Positions 51,915 to 63,442 are shown, counted from the stretch's first letter. The stretch is 64,000 bases of DNA from an uncultured Planctomycetota bacterium (GCA_963845755.1 CAWJTV010000037.1:1-64000); one strand, 5' to 3'. Translations and numbers: made by a program. The notes: generated by a model from the letters alone, not told the origin.

Positions 51915-54900
51915 ATGGCGGGCGAGCAACTGCTCTGGACCGGGCCGTACGGGGCCTCGCTGCGCGATTACGCTCTGGCGGGTGCATCGAGCGATCCGAC
52001 GAGTCTGTGGCTGGTCCCCTCGCGGTTCGCGCGGATCAGGTCCGGCGCGAACTGGCGATGCGATCGAACCGGGCCATGTCGAGTACGCGGGTCTGGTGCC
52101 GTTCCGACCTGTGGCGGTGCCTTCGCGACGAGCTCAACGACGGAGATGGGCCGGCGTTCCTGTCTGAGAGCTCGGCCGGCGCGGTCTTCGGCGAGGCGAT
52201 TCGCCAGGCGCGTCAGGCGGGCGACCTCGCGGCGATCGCCTCGGTCATCGATTGGCCCGGATACCGCCGCCGGCTCCACGAGCGGCTGGCGGACTGGACG
52301 ATTCTCGAACGCCCGATAGGTTCCGCGGTCCCGAAAGAGTCGGTCACCGCCGCGGAGTGGGCGGTCTTCGTGCGCTACCGTGAGTTGCTCCGAAAACTGG
52401 GAGTGGAGGATGCAACGGGTTTCGCCGTCTGGGCTTCCCGGCGGCTGCTTCAGCGACCTCCAGCGTCGCTAAGGGCCTTCGATCAGGTCACGTTCCTCGA
52501 CTGGGAGGCTCCCGCAACGGCCGATTGGCGGATCCTTGATCATGCCTTGAGGCGGGCACAATCCGTCCGGGTCACATTGGCGTACGAGGACGATCCGCTA
52601 TCGATCTCCCACTACGCAGCCGTGGCACCGGTCCGCGAACGGCTCCGTGAACTCGGCTTTGACGAGGTGCCGGTCCGACCGGAGTTCTGGAGGCCGGCCG
52701 GTCTCCGGGAGCTGGAGCAAGCCCTCTTTCGCCAGGGCGAGTTGAGCGGCGCACTGGCCCCAGTGGCCTCGACTCAGGGCTTGAGAATTCGCGGTGTCCC
52801 TCAGGGCGAGGCCGCCGGCCGGTTGCTCGCCCGGGAGATCCGCTCGCACATCGACTCCGGGACAGTTCCCGAAGAGATTCTGGTCCTGTTCCCGGAGTGG
52901 TGTGAACAGGCAGACCTCGCGATGGAGATCGCGCGGGATTGGGGACTCCCGGTCCACGCCGTGCCGAGCCGGCCACTCGGTGCGGACCCGGCCGTCGCCG
53001 CGCTCTTGCTTGCGATTGACCTGCCGGTCGAGGACTGGGTGACCGATCGTCTGATAAGTCTCCTACGCAACGGCCAGGTCCGCCTGGACTGGCCAGGTGC
53101 GGACCTTCTCTCCAGGGCCGCCGCGGCCTCGATCGTCAAGACGTCCTCGGTCTTCCGGGGGCGCGAGCCGCTCTTGCGCTGGCTCGATCGCACGCTCTCC
53201 ACCGAGAAAGCCCAGACGGTGAAGGCCGAGCGTGCCCGGATGGCGCGGGACCTCCTGGCGAACCTATTCGCGCTCCTGGCCCCCCTCGACAAAGCACGGC
53301 CCTTCTCCGAGCAGCTCGAACAAATCGTCCGCATCGGGGAGATCCTCCATCTCGGTGAGTTTGCCCGCTCGGGCCTGGACCAGCTTAGGGACGCCATGGA
53401 GGATCAGGCCGGTGTGCTGGAACGCCTCGGCCGGGGGGATGCGCCGTGGAGCTGGTCGGCGTTCGTCCGCGAGGTCGAGTCGATCGCTCTGGGCCTGAAG
53501 GTACCGGGCCCGCCGCCACGGCCCGGCTCGGTCCGGATGGCCGCGGTTGGCGAGGCCCAGGGGGCTCGGTCTCAATTCGTCATCCTGGCCGGCCTCTCTG
53601 AGGGGACATTCCCGGCGCACGACGCCGTCGAGCCGTTTCTGTCGCTGCGACCTGGCGCGGTTCCCGATGACGTCAGCCGGCACGTGTTCTCGCGCGAGAT
53701 GCTCCGCTTCTCCAGGGTACTCGGTTCGGCGGAGTCGGGCGTCGTATTGATCTATCCGACGACCGACGTGAAGGGGCAGGACCTCCTTCGTGCGGGGTTC
53801 CTTGACGAGTTGCTGGAGCGGCTGACCCCCGAAGCAACCGCGGCATGCCACCACCCGATTCGGCGCGTGGACCCTGCCCTGATCGACTCGCCGGGCCTGG
53901 CGGGCTCGCCGGGCGATCGTCGCGTCCGTGCCGTGGCAATGGCTCGAGCCCAGGGTGACCTTGCACTCCTCTCCGCGTTGGCCGGACAGGCGACTCATCG
54001 GAGAGTGCTGGAGGGGACAGCGTTCGCGCCTCCAGGTCCTGGCGCACCGCCTTCGCGGCACCTCCTTCGGCGAATACGACGGGTTGCTCAAGGACGGTGA
54101 CGCCGTTCTCAACATCGCCGAAGCCTTCCCTCCCGATTACAGCTTCAGCGCCAGCCAGCTCGAGACCTACATCGCCTGTCCGTTTCAGTTCTTCTGCAAG
54201 TATGTACTCAACCTTGAGCCGACCGAACGGCGCGACGAGATCGGCGAAGATTACACCGAGCGCGGCAGCCGGATCCATAACATCCTCCAGCAACTGGAGG
54301 AGATGAAGCAACAGATCCGCGACCAGTCGCACGAGGAATTGGCGCGGATTGCGGTCGGTGCCGAGCTGAATGTGGCGCTGGCCGACGCCTCCGAGGTTGA
54401 TCTCGGCCTGGCGGAGATCGAGCGTCGCCGGCTGATCCAGACCATCGAGCGTTACGTGGTCCAGTTGCAAGGCTATGAGAACGACCCGCAAGCGCGGGCG
54501 ATCCCGCACCTCTTCGAGGTGGAGTTTGGAAAGGAGGATTCTCAGAGGCCACACCTGGAGATCGGCAGGGGCCAACGGATGGTCCGGCTCCAGGGGAAGA
54601 TCGATCGAATCGACCTGGTCGAGTCGCCGGAGGGCCGCGGGTTCCGCGTCATCGACTACAAGAGTGGGGCAGGTCCTTCGACCACCGACGTCAGCAAGGC
54701 ACGGCTGCTCCAGCTCCCGCTGTATGCCATGGCTGTCGAGCGAATCATCCTGGCGGAACAGGCCCTCTCCCTCCGAGATGTCGGCTACTGGGCGTTGCGG
54801 AAGGACGGATACAAGCCGATCGCGTTCCAGGAGTGGGAGGCCGTGCAGGAAGCCCTGGAATCGTACGTCGCCGAGCTGGTCGATCGGCTCCGGCAAGGGA

Positions 54901-55073
54901 TCTTCGTGGTGGATTCGCAGGTCGATGGATGCGAGAGTTTCTGCGATTATCGCGCGATCTGCCGGGTGCGCCAGGCACGGCTGGCGTCCAAGGTGCACGA
55001 TCGGGCCATTCCACCGGAGTTGGCAGTCGAGCGGGCCAGTCGGAAACGCCGAGGATCAGGGGATGAGCTATGA
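51915..55073 (+). CDS. addB: AddB/RexB-like subunit with C-terminal Fe-S PD-(D/E)xK nuclease (frameshifts near 52035 and 54025)
   Basis: Inactive helicase-like body; FSASQLETYIACPFQFF, GKIDRID, VIDYKSG, QLPLYA, CESFCDYRAIC. Confidence 0.88.
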
Positions 55074-58000
55074 GCGCCTCCGATTCCGCTCCGGGGTTCT
55101 CACTCACGGACCAGCAATGCCGGGCGCTTCAGGTGCCCGATGCCAGCGTGGCGTTGAGCGCCGGAGCCGGTTGCGGCAAGACGTTGGTTTTGACCGAGCG
55201 GTTCTTGGCGGCGCTCGACGATACCGGCGGGCGGCCGTTGCGGTCGCTGGTCGCACTGACGTTCACCGAGAAGGCGGCGCGGGAGTTACGACAACGGATC
55301 CGCGCCCGATGCCGGGCCCGGTTGGAGGCGGGTGAGGACCCGGCCCGGTGGTGGGCGATTCTTCGCGGTCTAGACGCAGCGCCGATCGGGACGTTCCACG
55401 AGTTTTGTGCACGACTGCTCCGCCGTCACGCGCTCCAGGTCGGGATCGACCCCGAGTTCGCGATCCTCGACGAGTCCGTCGCCGGTTCGCTCCGCGACGA
55501 GGCGGTCAGGGCGGCGCTCCGCCGTCTGCTGGCCGCGCGCGATCCGGACCTGATCGATCTGGGGACCGACTATGGGCTTCACCAGGTCCGCGAGACGCTC
55601 GGACGACTGACGGCTTCGCGCGGTGCAGTCGATCTCGAGGAGTGGAGCCGGCTCAGCCCCGAGGCGATCGTCGCTCACTGGCGTGGCCTGGTCGCGGACC
55701 GGCTCTGGCCCGCCGTCCGGGATCGGGCCGGCCCGAGCGTACGTCGATGCCTCCAGACGATCGCGTCGCTCGATTCGGATCACGCCAAGATCCGCGAGCG
55801 CCGCGCCGCGTTACCCGAGGCCCTGGCCGTTCTGGTGCCCGGAGCACCCCCCTGCTCCGCCGCGCAGCTCGACGCGCTGGTCGAGCTGCTGAAAGTAATC
55901 AATCTCCCACGTAAGGCCGCCTGGCCCTCGGACGCCGACTACGAGGCGGCCAAGCAGGCTTTCTCGGCGCTACGCGATCAGGTCAAAGATCAGATCAAGC
56001 CCGCGCTGGAATGGGACGAGCCGAGCGTGCTCGGTGCGGCCGAACAGAGCCTGCGGTTCGCCCGGCTGGCCCTGACGGTTCGTCGTGAGCATGAGCAGCT
56101 CAAGAGGCGCCGGCGGGGTCTGGATTTCGACGACCTCATGGTCATGGCCCGAGACCTCCTGCGCAACCATCCCGAGGTGGTGACGCCCGACGCGAACGTG
56201 CCGGGCGCCACGACGATCGAGTTCGTGCTCGTCAACGAGTTTCAGGATACCGATGCGATTCAGGCCGAGATCCTCAGGCTCTTGAGCGGCTCCGCATTCC
56301 TGTCCGGCCGGTTGTTCGTCGTCGGTGACGTCAAGCAGTCGATCTACCGATTCCGCGGGGCCGAGCCGTCGATATTCGCGCAGTGGCGGGCCGAATTCCT
56401 CGAACGCGGCCGGCTTCGCTTGACCGAGAACTTCCGGAGCGTTCCGGGTGTCATCCACTTCGTCAATGCGGCTCTTCGGCGACGGCTTTGGCGATGTCGA
56501 GTCGGGCGACAACGTCGGAAGTCCCGGCGGCCATCGGCTCGTGCCGATCCGCTCCGAAGACATCGGTATACCGACCGTCGAGTTTCTGTGGCCGGCCGCC
56601 GCCGAGGGCGAATCGGATCCAAAGCGGTCGAACCCGCGAGCGGCGAGTGATCGAGGCCCGGTGCCTGGCTCGTCGGCTGCGGGAGCGGCTCGCCGCGGGC
56701 TGGCCTATCCTCGAGCGAACCACCAACCTGACCCGGCCGGCTCACCCGGGCGACATCGCGCGATTGTTCCGCGCCATGACCGATCTCTGGCCGTTTGAAT
56801 CGGCCCTCGCCGACGAGGGATTCGACTACCACACGATTGGCGGCTCGGCCTTCTACGCGCAACAGGAAGTTCACGACGTGATCAACCTGTTGTCGGTGGT
56901 GGAGGACCCGTTCGATGAGATCGCGATGGCCGGGGCGCTCCGAAGCCCGTTCTTCGGCGTCAGCGACGAGGGGCTGTTCTGGCTGGCGACGACGTTTCAG
57001 GACGGCGGGCTGGCGGCCGGCCTTCATCGACTCGACGAGATCGCCAAGCTATCGCCGCTGGACCGCCGCCGCGCGGTTCGGGCCCTGGAGCTGCTGTCTC
57101 GCTGGCGGTCGATGAAGGACCACGTGCCGATGGCGCGTCTGGTCGCCCAGATGCTGGATGAGTCGGGGTTCGAGGCCGCCGTGGTTTGTGAGTTCCTCGG
57201 CGAACGCAAGCTCGCCAACACGCGAAAGATCGTTCGGCTGGCGCACGACTTCGACCGTCAGGGCGGCTTCACGCTGGCGGAGTTCGTGGCGCGGCTGCGG
57301 GCCGACCTGGAGAACGAGCCGCGCGAGGAGCAGGCGGCGACGACCGACGAGTCAGGTGCCAGCGTCCGGTTGATGTCGATCCATCAGGCCAAGGGGCTGG
57401 AGTTTCCGATCGTGGTCTTGCCCGACCTGGCGCGGGCGTCGAGCAATCGGAGTCCTTTGGTGGCGTGCCATCCGGACCTCGGACTGGTCGTGCGCCCGCC
57501 GCAATCGTCGCCGAGCGCGGGCGAGTCGCCGGGGGATTCCGCGCCGGAGAGCTTCGCCTGGCGGGCGTACCTAACGCTCGAGCGTGCGGACGACGAACAG
57601 GAGTCGTTGCGCCTCTTCTATGTGGCGGCCACACGGGCGCGCAACGCGCTGATCCTCTCGGCCGGATTGGGTCCGGACGAGCCGGTGAAGACGACATCCG
57701 TCGCGATGCGTCTCCTCGATGACCGGTTCGACCGGCGGACCGGCCTGTACCGGCTCGCGTCGGTGGAGCCGGGTCCCTTGCAGGCGGTGCACGTCTCGAT
57801 CATGAGCCCTCCCGTCCCGCGCGGCGAGCGCGCCTCGACGTTGACGCGTGCCGCGATTACGACGATTGCGGAGACGATCGGGTCCGTCGCGCCGACCGGA
57901 TCGGATGAGCCCGTGCGAGCCGTCCCGCCTCCGCAATACCTGGACCTCGACCCTGCGTTGGGCCTCTCTCCCCGCACCGCCCGGCTCGACAGCCTGATCC

Positions 58001-58542
58001 GCGCGATCCTGCGCGACCCTCGATGGCTCCGCGGCGAATCGATCGAGTCCATCGCGGCCCGTACCGCAGTACGGCAGGTCCCCGCCGCGAATCCGAGCCT
58101 GGTCCGCGAGGCGATCCGGCGGATCGATCCTCTCTGGGAATCTCCTGCCTTTCAAGCCTTGCGCACCGCCGATGCCGGCTCCGTCCGGTATAACTTCGCC
58201 TTCACGATGGCGTATCCACTCGAGGACACTCCAACGGCGTCAACTGTTATCCACGGAAGCTGCGACATTCTCTTCCGCGATCCCGAGGGGCAGTGGCAGG
58301 TGATCATCCTCGCGGATGCGGGAGCGTGCCCTGCGAGCCAGAGACTCCGGCTCCAGGTATCCGCTCGGGCTGTCACAGGCTCTGGGTATTCACCCGTCCG
58401 CCAGGGCTGGATCGTCAGGCATCGTTCTGACGGCGCTCTCGTCGAGTGGCGCGAAACCGAATTCGATGATTCCAAGATCGCCGTTGCACTTCAGGATCAC
58501 GTCGGGAGGAACGCGGAAGGAGAGGCGCTCGGACTTTCGTAG
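55070..58542 (+). CDS. addA: AddA/RexA-like UvrD-family helicase (frameshift(s) near 56470-56640)
   Basis: AGAGCGKT, TFTEKAAREL, V[N]EFQDT, GDVKQSIYRFRGA, ENFRS, SIHQAKGLEF, RLFYVAATRAR. Confidence 0.92.
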
Positions 58543-58805
58543 AATAAGTCTTCACGTTTCCGCGTCCACGCGCAGGCGGTGGAATCGGCGACGAAGGAGG
58601 ACTGATCGATGATGGAGTCTCCTTCGCTGAAGTCGGGTTGGCCGACATGAGTGTGCCGAGGGCAGGTGCCGAACCGTTCATCCAATCTGTTCGAAACCGT
58701 TCACCCCGGTGAACTGCGACTGCCCTGAAAACAGGTGCTAGATCAGGTGCCAAGCATGAGGAGGACCGTTGTGGACTTTTTTCGACACGCGCAATCTTCC
58801 ACAGG

Positions 58806-58884
58806 TTATAAAAATTAGTTATTAATTTTTTGATTTTATTACTGATGATCCAATCAATTATTATATACAAACATCAATATTTTC
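58806..58884. other. Extremely AT-rich tract
   Basis: About 12 G/C in 79 nt by hand count, in otherwise GC-rich sequence. Confidence 0.85.
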
Positions 58885-58960
58885 AATCCACCCTGACGTT
58901 CATTGATGTCTTGCCGGACCGGGGGTTCGCAACCGTGGTCGGAGTGCCTGCTAGTGGCCC

Positions 58961-59384
58961 TGTCCTGCTCCAGACGGAATGGGAAGAACAGCCCACTCTA
59001 ATAAGCCACAATTTCGAGCGGAGGCTCTCCCATGGCCAAGAAGACTCGCAAGCGATTCAACGCTCGGGAGAAGGTTGCCATCCTGCGGCTCCATCTCATC
59101 GAACACGACGCCATCTTGGATCTGTGTGACCAGAACGGCATCCACCCCACGATGTTCTAACGCTGGAAGAAGGAGTTCTTCGAGAACGGCGCCGCCGACC
59201 TCGAGCCCCGCTCCCGACGCCCCACCGACTCCAAGGACCAGCGAATTGAGCTCCTGGAGCAGAAGCTCCAGCACAAGCACGAGGTCCTCTCAGAACTTAT
59301 GGACGAACATATCAAATTAAAAAAAGAGCTTGGGGAACTCTGAATCGAGCATCGGTTCCCCAGGCCACCCGAGATGCGGTTGTC
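58961..59384 (+). mobile_element. Truncated IS3-family element (left end, orfA and first codons of orfB)
   Basis: TG-starting putative IRL; orfA; A7G slippery site followed by a short orfB start that breaks off next to the ggt stop. Confidence 0.75.
59032..59343 (+). pseudogene. IS3-type transposase OrfA with premature stop
   Basis: MAKKTRKRFNAREKVAILRLHL..LCDQNGIHPTMF*RWKKEFFENG..IELLEQKL..IKLKKELGEL*; TAA at 59158-59160. Confidence 0.85.
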
Positions 59385-59394
59385 CGCTTAAGAA

Positions 59395-61223
59395 CTATCT
59401 TGCCCAAGCGTACGCTTCAACGCGCGGGTCGGCACCGGCACTGAGGACGCCTGTCTTTGGATCAATGGCGATGGCCGCGTTCGAACCTAACGACCATGCG
59501 CCTGCTGATAGCAATTTGTGACCCTTGGCTTGGAGCGCTTTCTGGACTGCATTCGGAATACGGGACTCGACGGACAAGTCTCCGGGGTGGCTCATGTTGT
59601 GCGGAAACACCGAAGACGCGAAACCGCGCGTCGACCACCGCGGAGCTTCGATCGCCTGCTGAACGTTCATGCCGAAGTCGATCATGTTCATGAGCGTCTG
59701 GACGGTCCGCTGAATCTGATCGTCACCGCCGGGGCTGCCAGTGATCAACCAGGGTTGGCCGTCCTTGATCACCAGTGTGCTCTGCAGTGTACTACGCGGG
59801 CGCTTGCCTGGTTCAAGTGAACGCGGCTCACCCGGCGTGAGCGAATAGTAGTCGCCGCGGCAGTTGAATATGAAGCCCAGGTCGGCCATTACGACGCCCG
59901 TGCCGAACCCGCTGTGCAGACTGGGTTCGAAACTCACCATGTTGTGATCCTTGTCGACCACAGCGATATAGCTGGTGTCTCCTCCCGAATAATCGGCCTC
60001 ACCCACGTGCGTGTGTCCGATGCCGGCAGGTGCTGCCGCCACTTTCATGAACTGCTCGGGATTGCCGGGCCGGATCTCGAGCAAAGCGCGATTGGGATCG
60101 ATGAGCTTGCGGCGCTCGGCCGCGTAGGCCTTGGAGAGCAGACCTTCGTAAGGGACTCGCACGAAGTCGGTGTCGCCCAGCTTCTCGCGATCGGCAAATG
60201 CGAGCTTCAGTGCTTCGGCACTCATGTGGATGTATTCCGAGCTGTTGTGCCCCAGCTTCTTGACGTCATAGCCCTCCAGGATGTTCAACAGGAACAGCTC
60301 AGCGGGACCCTGGGACGAGGACGGGTTCTTGTAGACTTCGTAGCCGCGATAGTTCACGGACACCGGTGTTTCAACCTTGGCGGTATACGCCGCGAAATCC
60401 TCGTAACGATAAAGGCCACCGTTCTGTTCGGAGAACTCACCCATGGATCTGGCGATGTCGCCTTTATAGAAGCGATCGCGCACGGCACGCAGCGCCTCGC
60501 GCCGACCTTTTCCCGCCGCAGCCTGCTCGGCTTCGACCAGCTTCCGGAGCATTCGAGCGGAATCGACGTTGCGAAAGATGTCGCCGGGGTGCGGGGCCTT
60601 GCCATTCGGAAAATACACCTTCTTGGAGGTTGGATGTTTCTGAATCTTTTTTGAGCCGGCGATCGCACGCGCCAAACCATCGCCAATTGGGAAGCCGTTT
60701 TCGGCCACGTCGATTGATTGCTCCAGCACCTGGGCAAAGGTCATGGTGCCCCAGCGATCGAGCAGTACATACCACGCATCGATAACGCCGGGCAGCGACG
60801 CGGAAAGCATTCCGTCACTATTGGGAATCTTGCCGCCGTTGTTCTTGTTGTACCAATCGATCGTCGCCAGTTTTGGTGCGGTTCCCTCGGCATTGATCGA
60901 GTACACCTGTTTCTCGCCTGCGTGGTAGACCAGGATGACCGCGTCGCGCCCAGACCATTGGACTCGGGATTGACCAGCGCCAGCACGGCCTGGCCGGCCA
61001 CAATGGCGTCGAACGCGTTGCCACCCGATTCCAGGATTCGCGCGGCGGCTCTAGTTGCCTCCTGTTTCATCGACGAAACAGCATATTGCGTGCCCCGCAC
61101 GACCGGCCGAAACGTTCGGCTAGACGTCGTCGAGCCGTCGGTTTTTTCCTGAGCGTTCAATGGGTATGCGACCAACAGGTTAAGCAGCAATGCACCGAGG
61201 AGACAAATCGGCAATCGTCGCAT
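59395..61223 (-). CDS. ggt: Secreted gamma-glutamyltransferase family protein (frameshift near 60950)
   Basis: Signal peptide, GGNAFDA, FYKGDIA, catalytic GDTSYIAVVD, PGKRPRSTL, GSPGGD, GADPR. Confidence 0.92.
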
Positions 61224-61463
61224 GGCATGACTCCAGGTCGGCGGGTGTGTAATGGTTGACGGAGTGAATGGCGTTGAGCGGGCCGTTTTGATTCGCACGA
61301 GTATGGGCGCGTCGCGACGGTCGGTCAAGAAACGCCAGGTACTTTCGCAATCGCTTGTGGTTCATCCGTCCACCCTATCGGCTGCCCGAGCGCACATAGG
61401 TCTGATCGACCGAAGTCAACTGGGATCAATCGACTTCGGTGTCGTCGGATCCAAGCGAGATAG

Positions 61464-61503
61464 ATCGGGGCGACTGGACGCCGCTAGAACTTCTTTTCGC
61501 CGG
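61464..61503 (+). repeat. att-like site copy A
   Basis: ATCGGGGCGACTGGACGCCGCTAGAACTTCTTTTCGCCGG; 30/40 ungapped identity to copy B. Confidence 0.75.
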
Positions 61504-61605
61504 CGCCTGAGGGCTCAATCTTCTTCGCCGGGCCGCCCCGCGTACGTTCGAATCCCGTCGCCAGTCGCTTCCGCAACCAGCGGCGGGATTTAAGTTTGTG
61601 AAACA

Positions 61606-61645
61606 GTCGGGGCGACAAGACACCGTGAGAACCTTTTATCGCCGA
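61606..61645 (+). repeat. att-like site copy B
   Basis: GTCGGGGCGACAAGACACCGTGAGAACCTTTTATCGCCGA; reverse complement ends TCTTGTCGCCCCGAC, like a tRNA-Pro 3' end. Confidence 0.75.
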
Positions 61646-61711
61646 TGTCCGGGGTTGGGAAGCCGACCCGCGTCGGCGGCTGGATGACGGAAATCCTGTC
61701 GAGCACGTGGC

Positions 61712-62834
61712 TTAGCGATTCACGATGTCTTTCACCCGCTCGGCCAGCGCCGCTGCGATGGTCCCGCCGCCCGGCGCCATCTTGTTCATCATGTAGGAGA
61801 AGGTCATGCGGCGATCCACGTCGATGATCACCAACGAGCCGCCATAACCGCGCCAGGAACACACCCGGCCTTCCGGGGCAAGGCCATAACCGACGCCCCA
61901 CTTGATCGGGATGCCTATCACGAGGTCGATCCCGTTGAATTGCACCTCGAAGATACGGTCGATCGTCTTGGGCGAGAGCAGCCGGACGCCATCGACCTCG
62001 CCGCCGCAGGCCACCGCCGACCGGAGGCGCCAGCGAACGGGCATTGCCGTGGCCGTTGCCCGCGCCGATGTCGGCGCGCCGCCAGCCTTCAGTCCAGGTC
62101 GTTTCCACGCTCATGGTCGGGTTGGTCATCGTCTTGAATGCCACGTTGCTGGGGTCCGGTTGGATCAGGTCGGCCGGCGCCGCCGGTGCCGGCACCACGT
62201 TGGCGACGCGATGGAGCTCCGACGGTGGCAGCCCGATGTGGAAGTCGGCGCCCAGCGGACCCGCAATGTGCGCGGCAAAGAACTCACCCAGGCGCTGGCC
62301 GGTGATGCACCGGATCACTTCGCCGATCAGGTGGCCGTAGTTCAGCGCGTGGTAGCCCGAGGCTGTCCCGGGTGCCCACCAGGGCGCCTGGGCGGCCAGC
62401 AGGGCGGTCGATTTGTTCGAGTCGTACAGGTCCTCGAGGGTGATCGGCTGGTTCCAGCCCGAGACGCCCGAGGTGTGCGACAGGAGCTGGCGAACCTTGA
62501 TCCCCTCCTTGCCCCAGGCCGCGAACTCGGGCCAGTACTTGGCGACGGTCGGGTCGAGGTCAAGTTCACCGCGATCGATCAGGACCAGCGCGGCGAGCGA
62601 GGTCATGCACTTGCTGGTGGAGAACACGTTGGAGATGGTGCTCTCGGTCCACGGCGCGGCGCGGGCCTCGTCAGCCCAGCCGCCCCACAGGTTGACGACC
62701 ATCTCGCCGTCGATGTTGAGGCGAGCGAGGCACCGAGGTCTTCCCCCGACTCGAGCTTGGAGGCGAATAGCTCGCGCAGAGGGTCGAAGCGGCGCGCTGC
62801 ACGTGCCGCCCAGCGCCGTCGGGTGATCGCTCAT
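61712..62834 (-). CDS. Serine hydrolase / class C beta-lactamase-like esterase (frameshifts near both ends)
   Basis: VNLWGG, FSTSK (SxxK), [20 protein letters not shown]. Confidence 0.92.
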
Positions 62835-62927
62835 GAGGCCTCCATACAGCAATTGCAGTTGAAGCTGACGCCGATGTGGCATGGCCGATTGTCGGTGACC
62901 GTCCTGCTGCCCAACCGGTATTCCAAC

Positions 62928-62967
62928 GACAAGGCGACAAGACGGCTATTGAATTCTTTTTGCGCTC
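62928..62967 (+). repeat. att-like site copy C
   Basis: GACAAGGCGACAAGACGGCTATTGAATTCTTTTTGCGCTC; shares GGCGACAAGAC-N7-GAA-N3-TTT with copy B (22/40). Confidence 0.65.
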
Positions 62968-63043
62968 CTGCGCGAAAATTGACGGTTTCGCTCTTCGTGC
63001 ATTGATTAGCGATCGACGGCTTCAGATGAGATACTTCGTTCGC

Positions 63044-63442
63044 TCATGCCTCGTTCGCTACCGCCGCGCTCCGCTCGGAAACCCGGCGGTTCAACTCTTC
63101 ATTGGCCGGCCGGATCTCGAACACGTTCCCAAACTTCAGCGCGGGGTGTTTCGACATCAGCGAGATGGCGTGGTTCAGGTCGCGTGCTTCCAGCAGCAGA
63201 ATGCCGCCGAGCGATTCCTTGGTTTCCACATACGGACTGTCGGTGACCTGGACCTCGCCATCCTTCATCCTCAACGTGACCGCGTTATGGGCGGAATCGA
63301 GCGCTTCTCCCCCCAGGAAATGCCCACCTCGCCGAAGTACGTCGTCGTAGGCGAAGCAATCCTCCATCATTGTCTGCGCGTCTGTCTGCGGAATCTGAGC
63401 AAACGCCGCCTCGTCGAAGAACCCTAAACAGACGTATTTCAT
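63044..63442 (-). CDS. YciI / DGPF-domain protein
   Basis: [30 protein letters not shown]. Confidence 0.92.
   Translation of the reverse strand: MKYVCLGFFDEAAFAQIPQTDAQTMMEDCFAYDDVLRRGGHFLGGEALDSAHNAVTLRMKDGEVQVTDSPYVETKESLGGILLLEARDLNHAISLMSKHPALKFGNVFEIRPANEELNRRVSERSAAVANEA

Noticed and set aside
58755..58790. Possible fourth att-like copy (GAC-N7-GAC-TTTTTT)
   Set aside because: Lacks the GGCGAC core; similarity too weak to support
58934..58950. TGGTCGGAGTG as a reverse tRNA-Pro 3' fragment
   Set aside because: Only about 11 nt of resemblance; could be chance
61464..62967. CRISPR array or classical integron attC sites
   Set aside because: Spacing is irregular (142 and 1322 bp), repeats are degenerate, there are no cas genes, and no RYYYAAC/GTTRRRY-bounded palindromes
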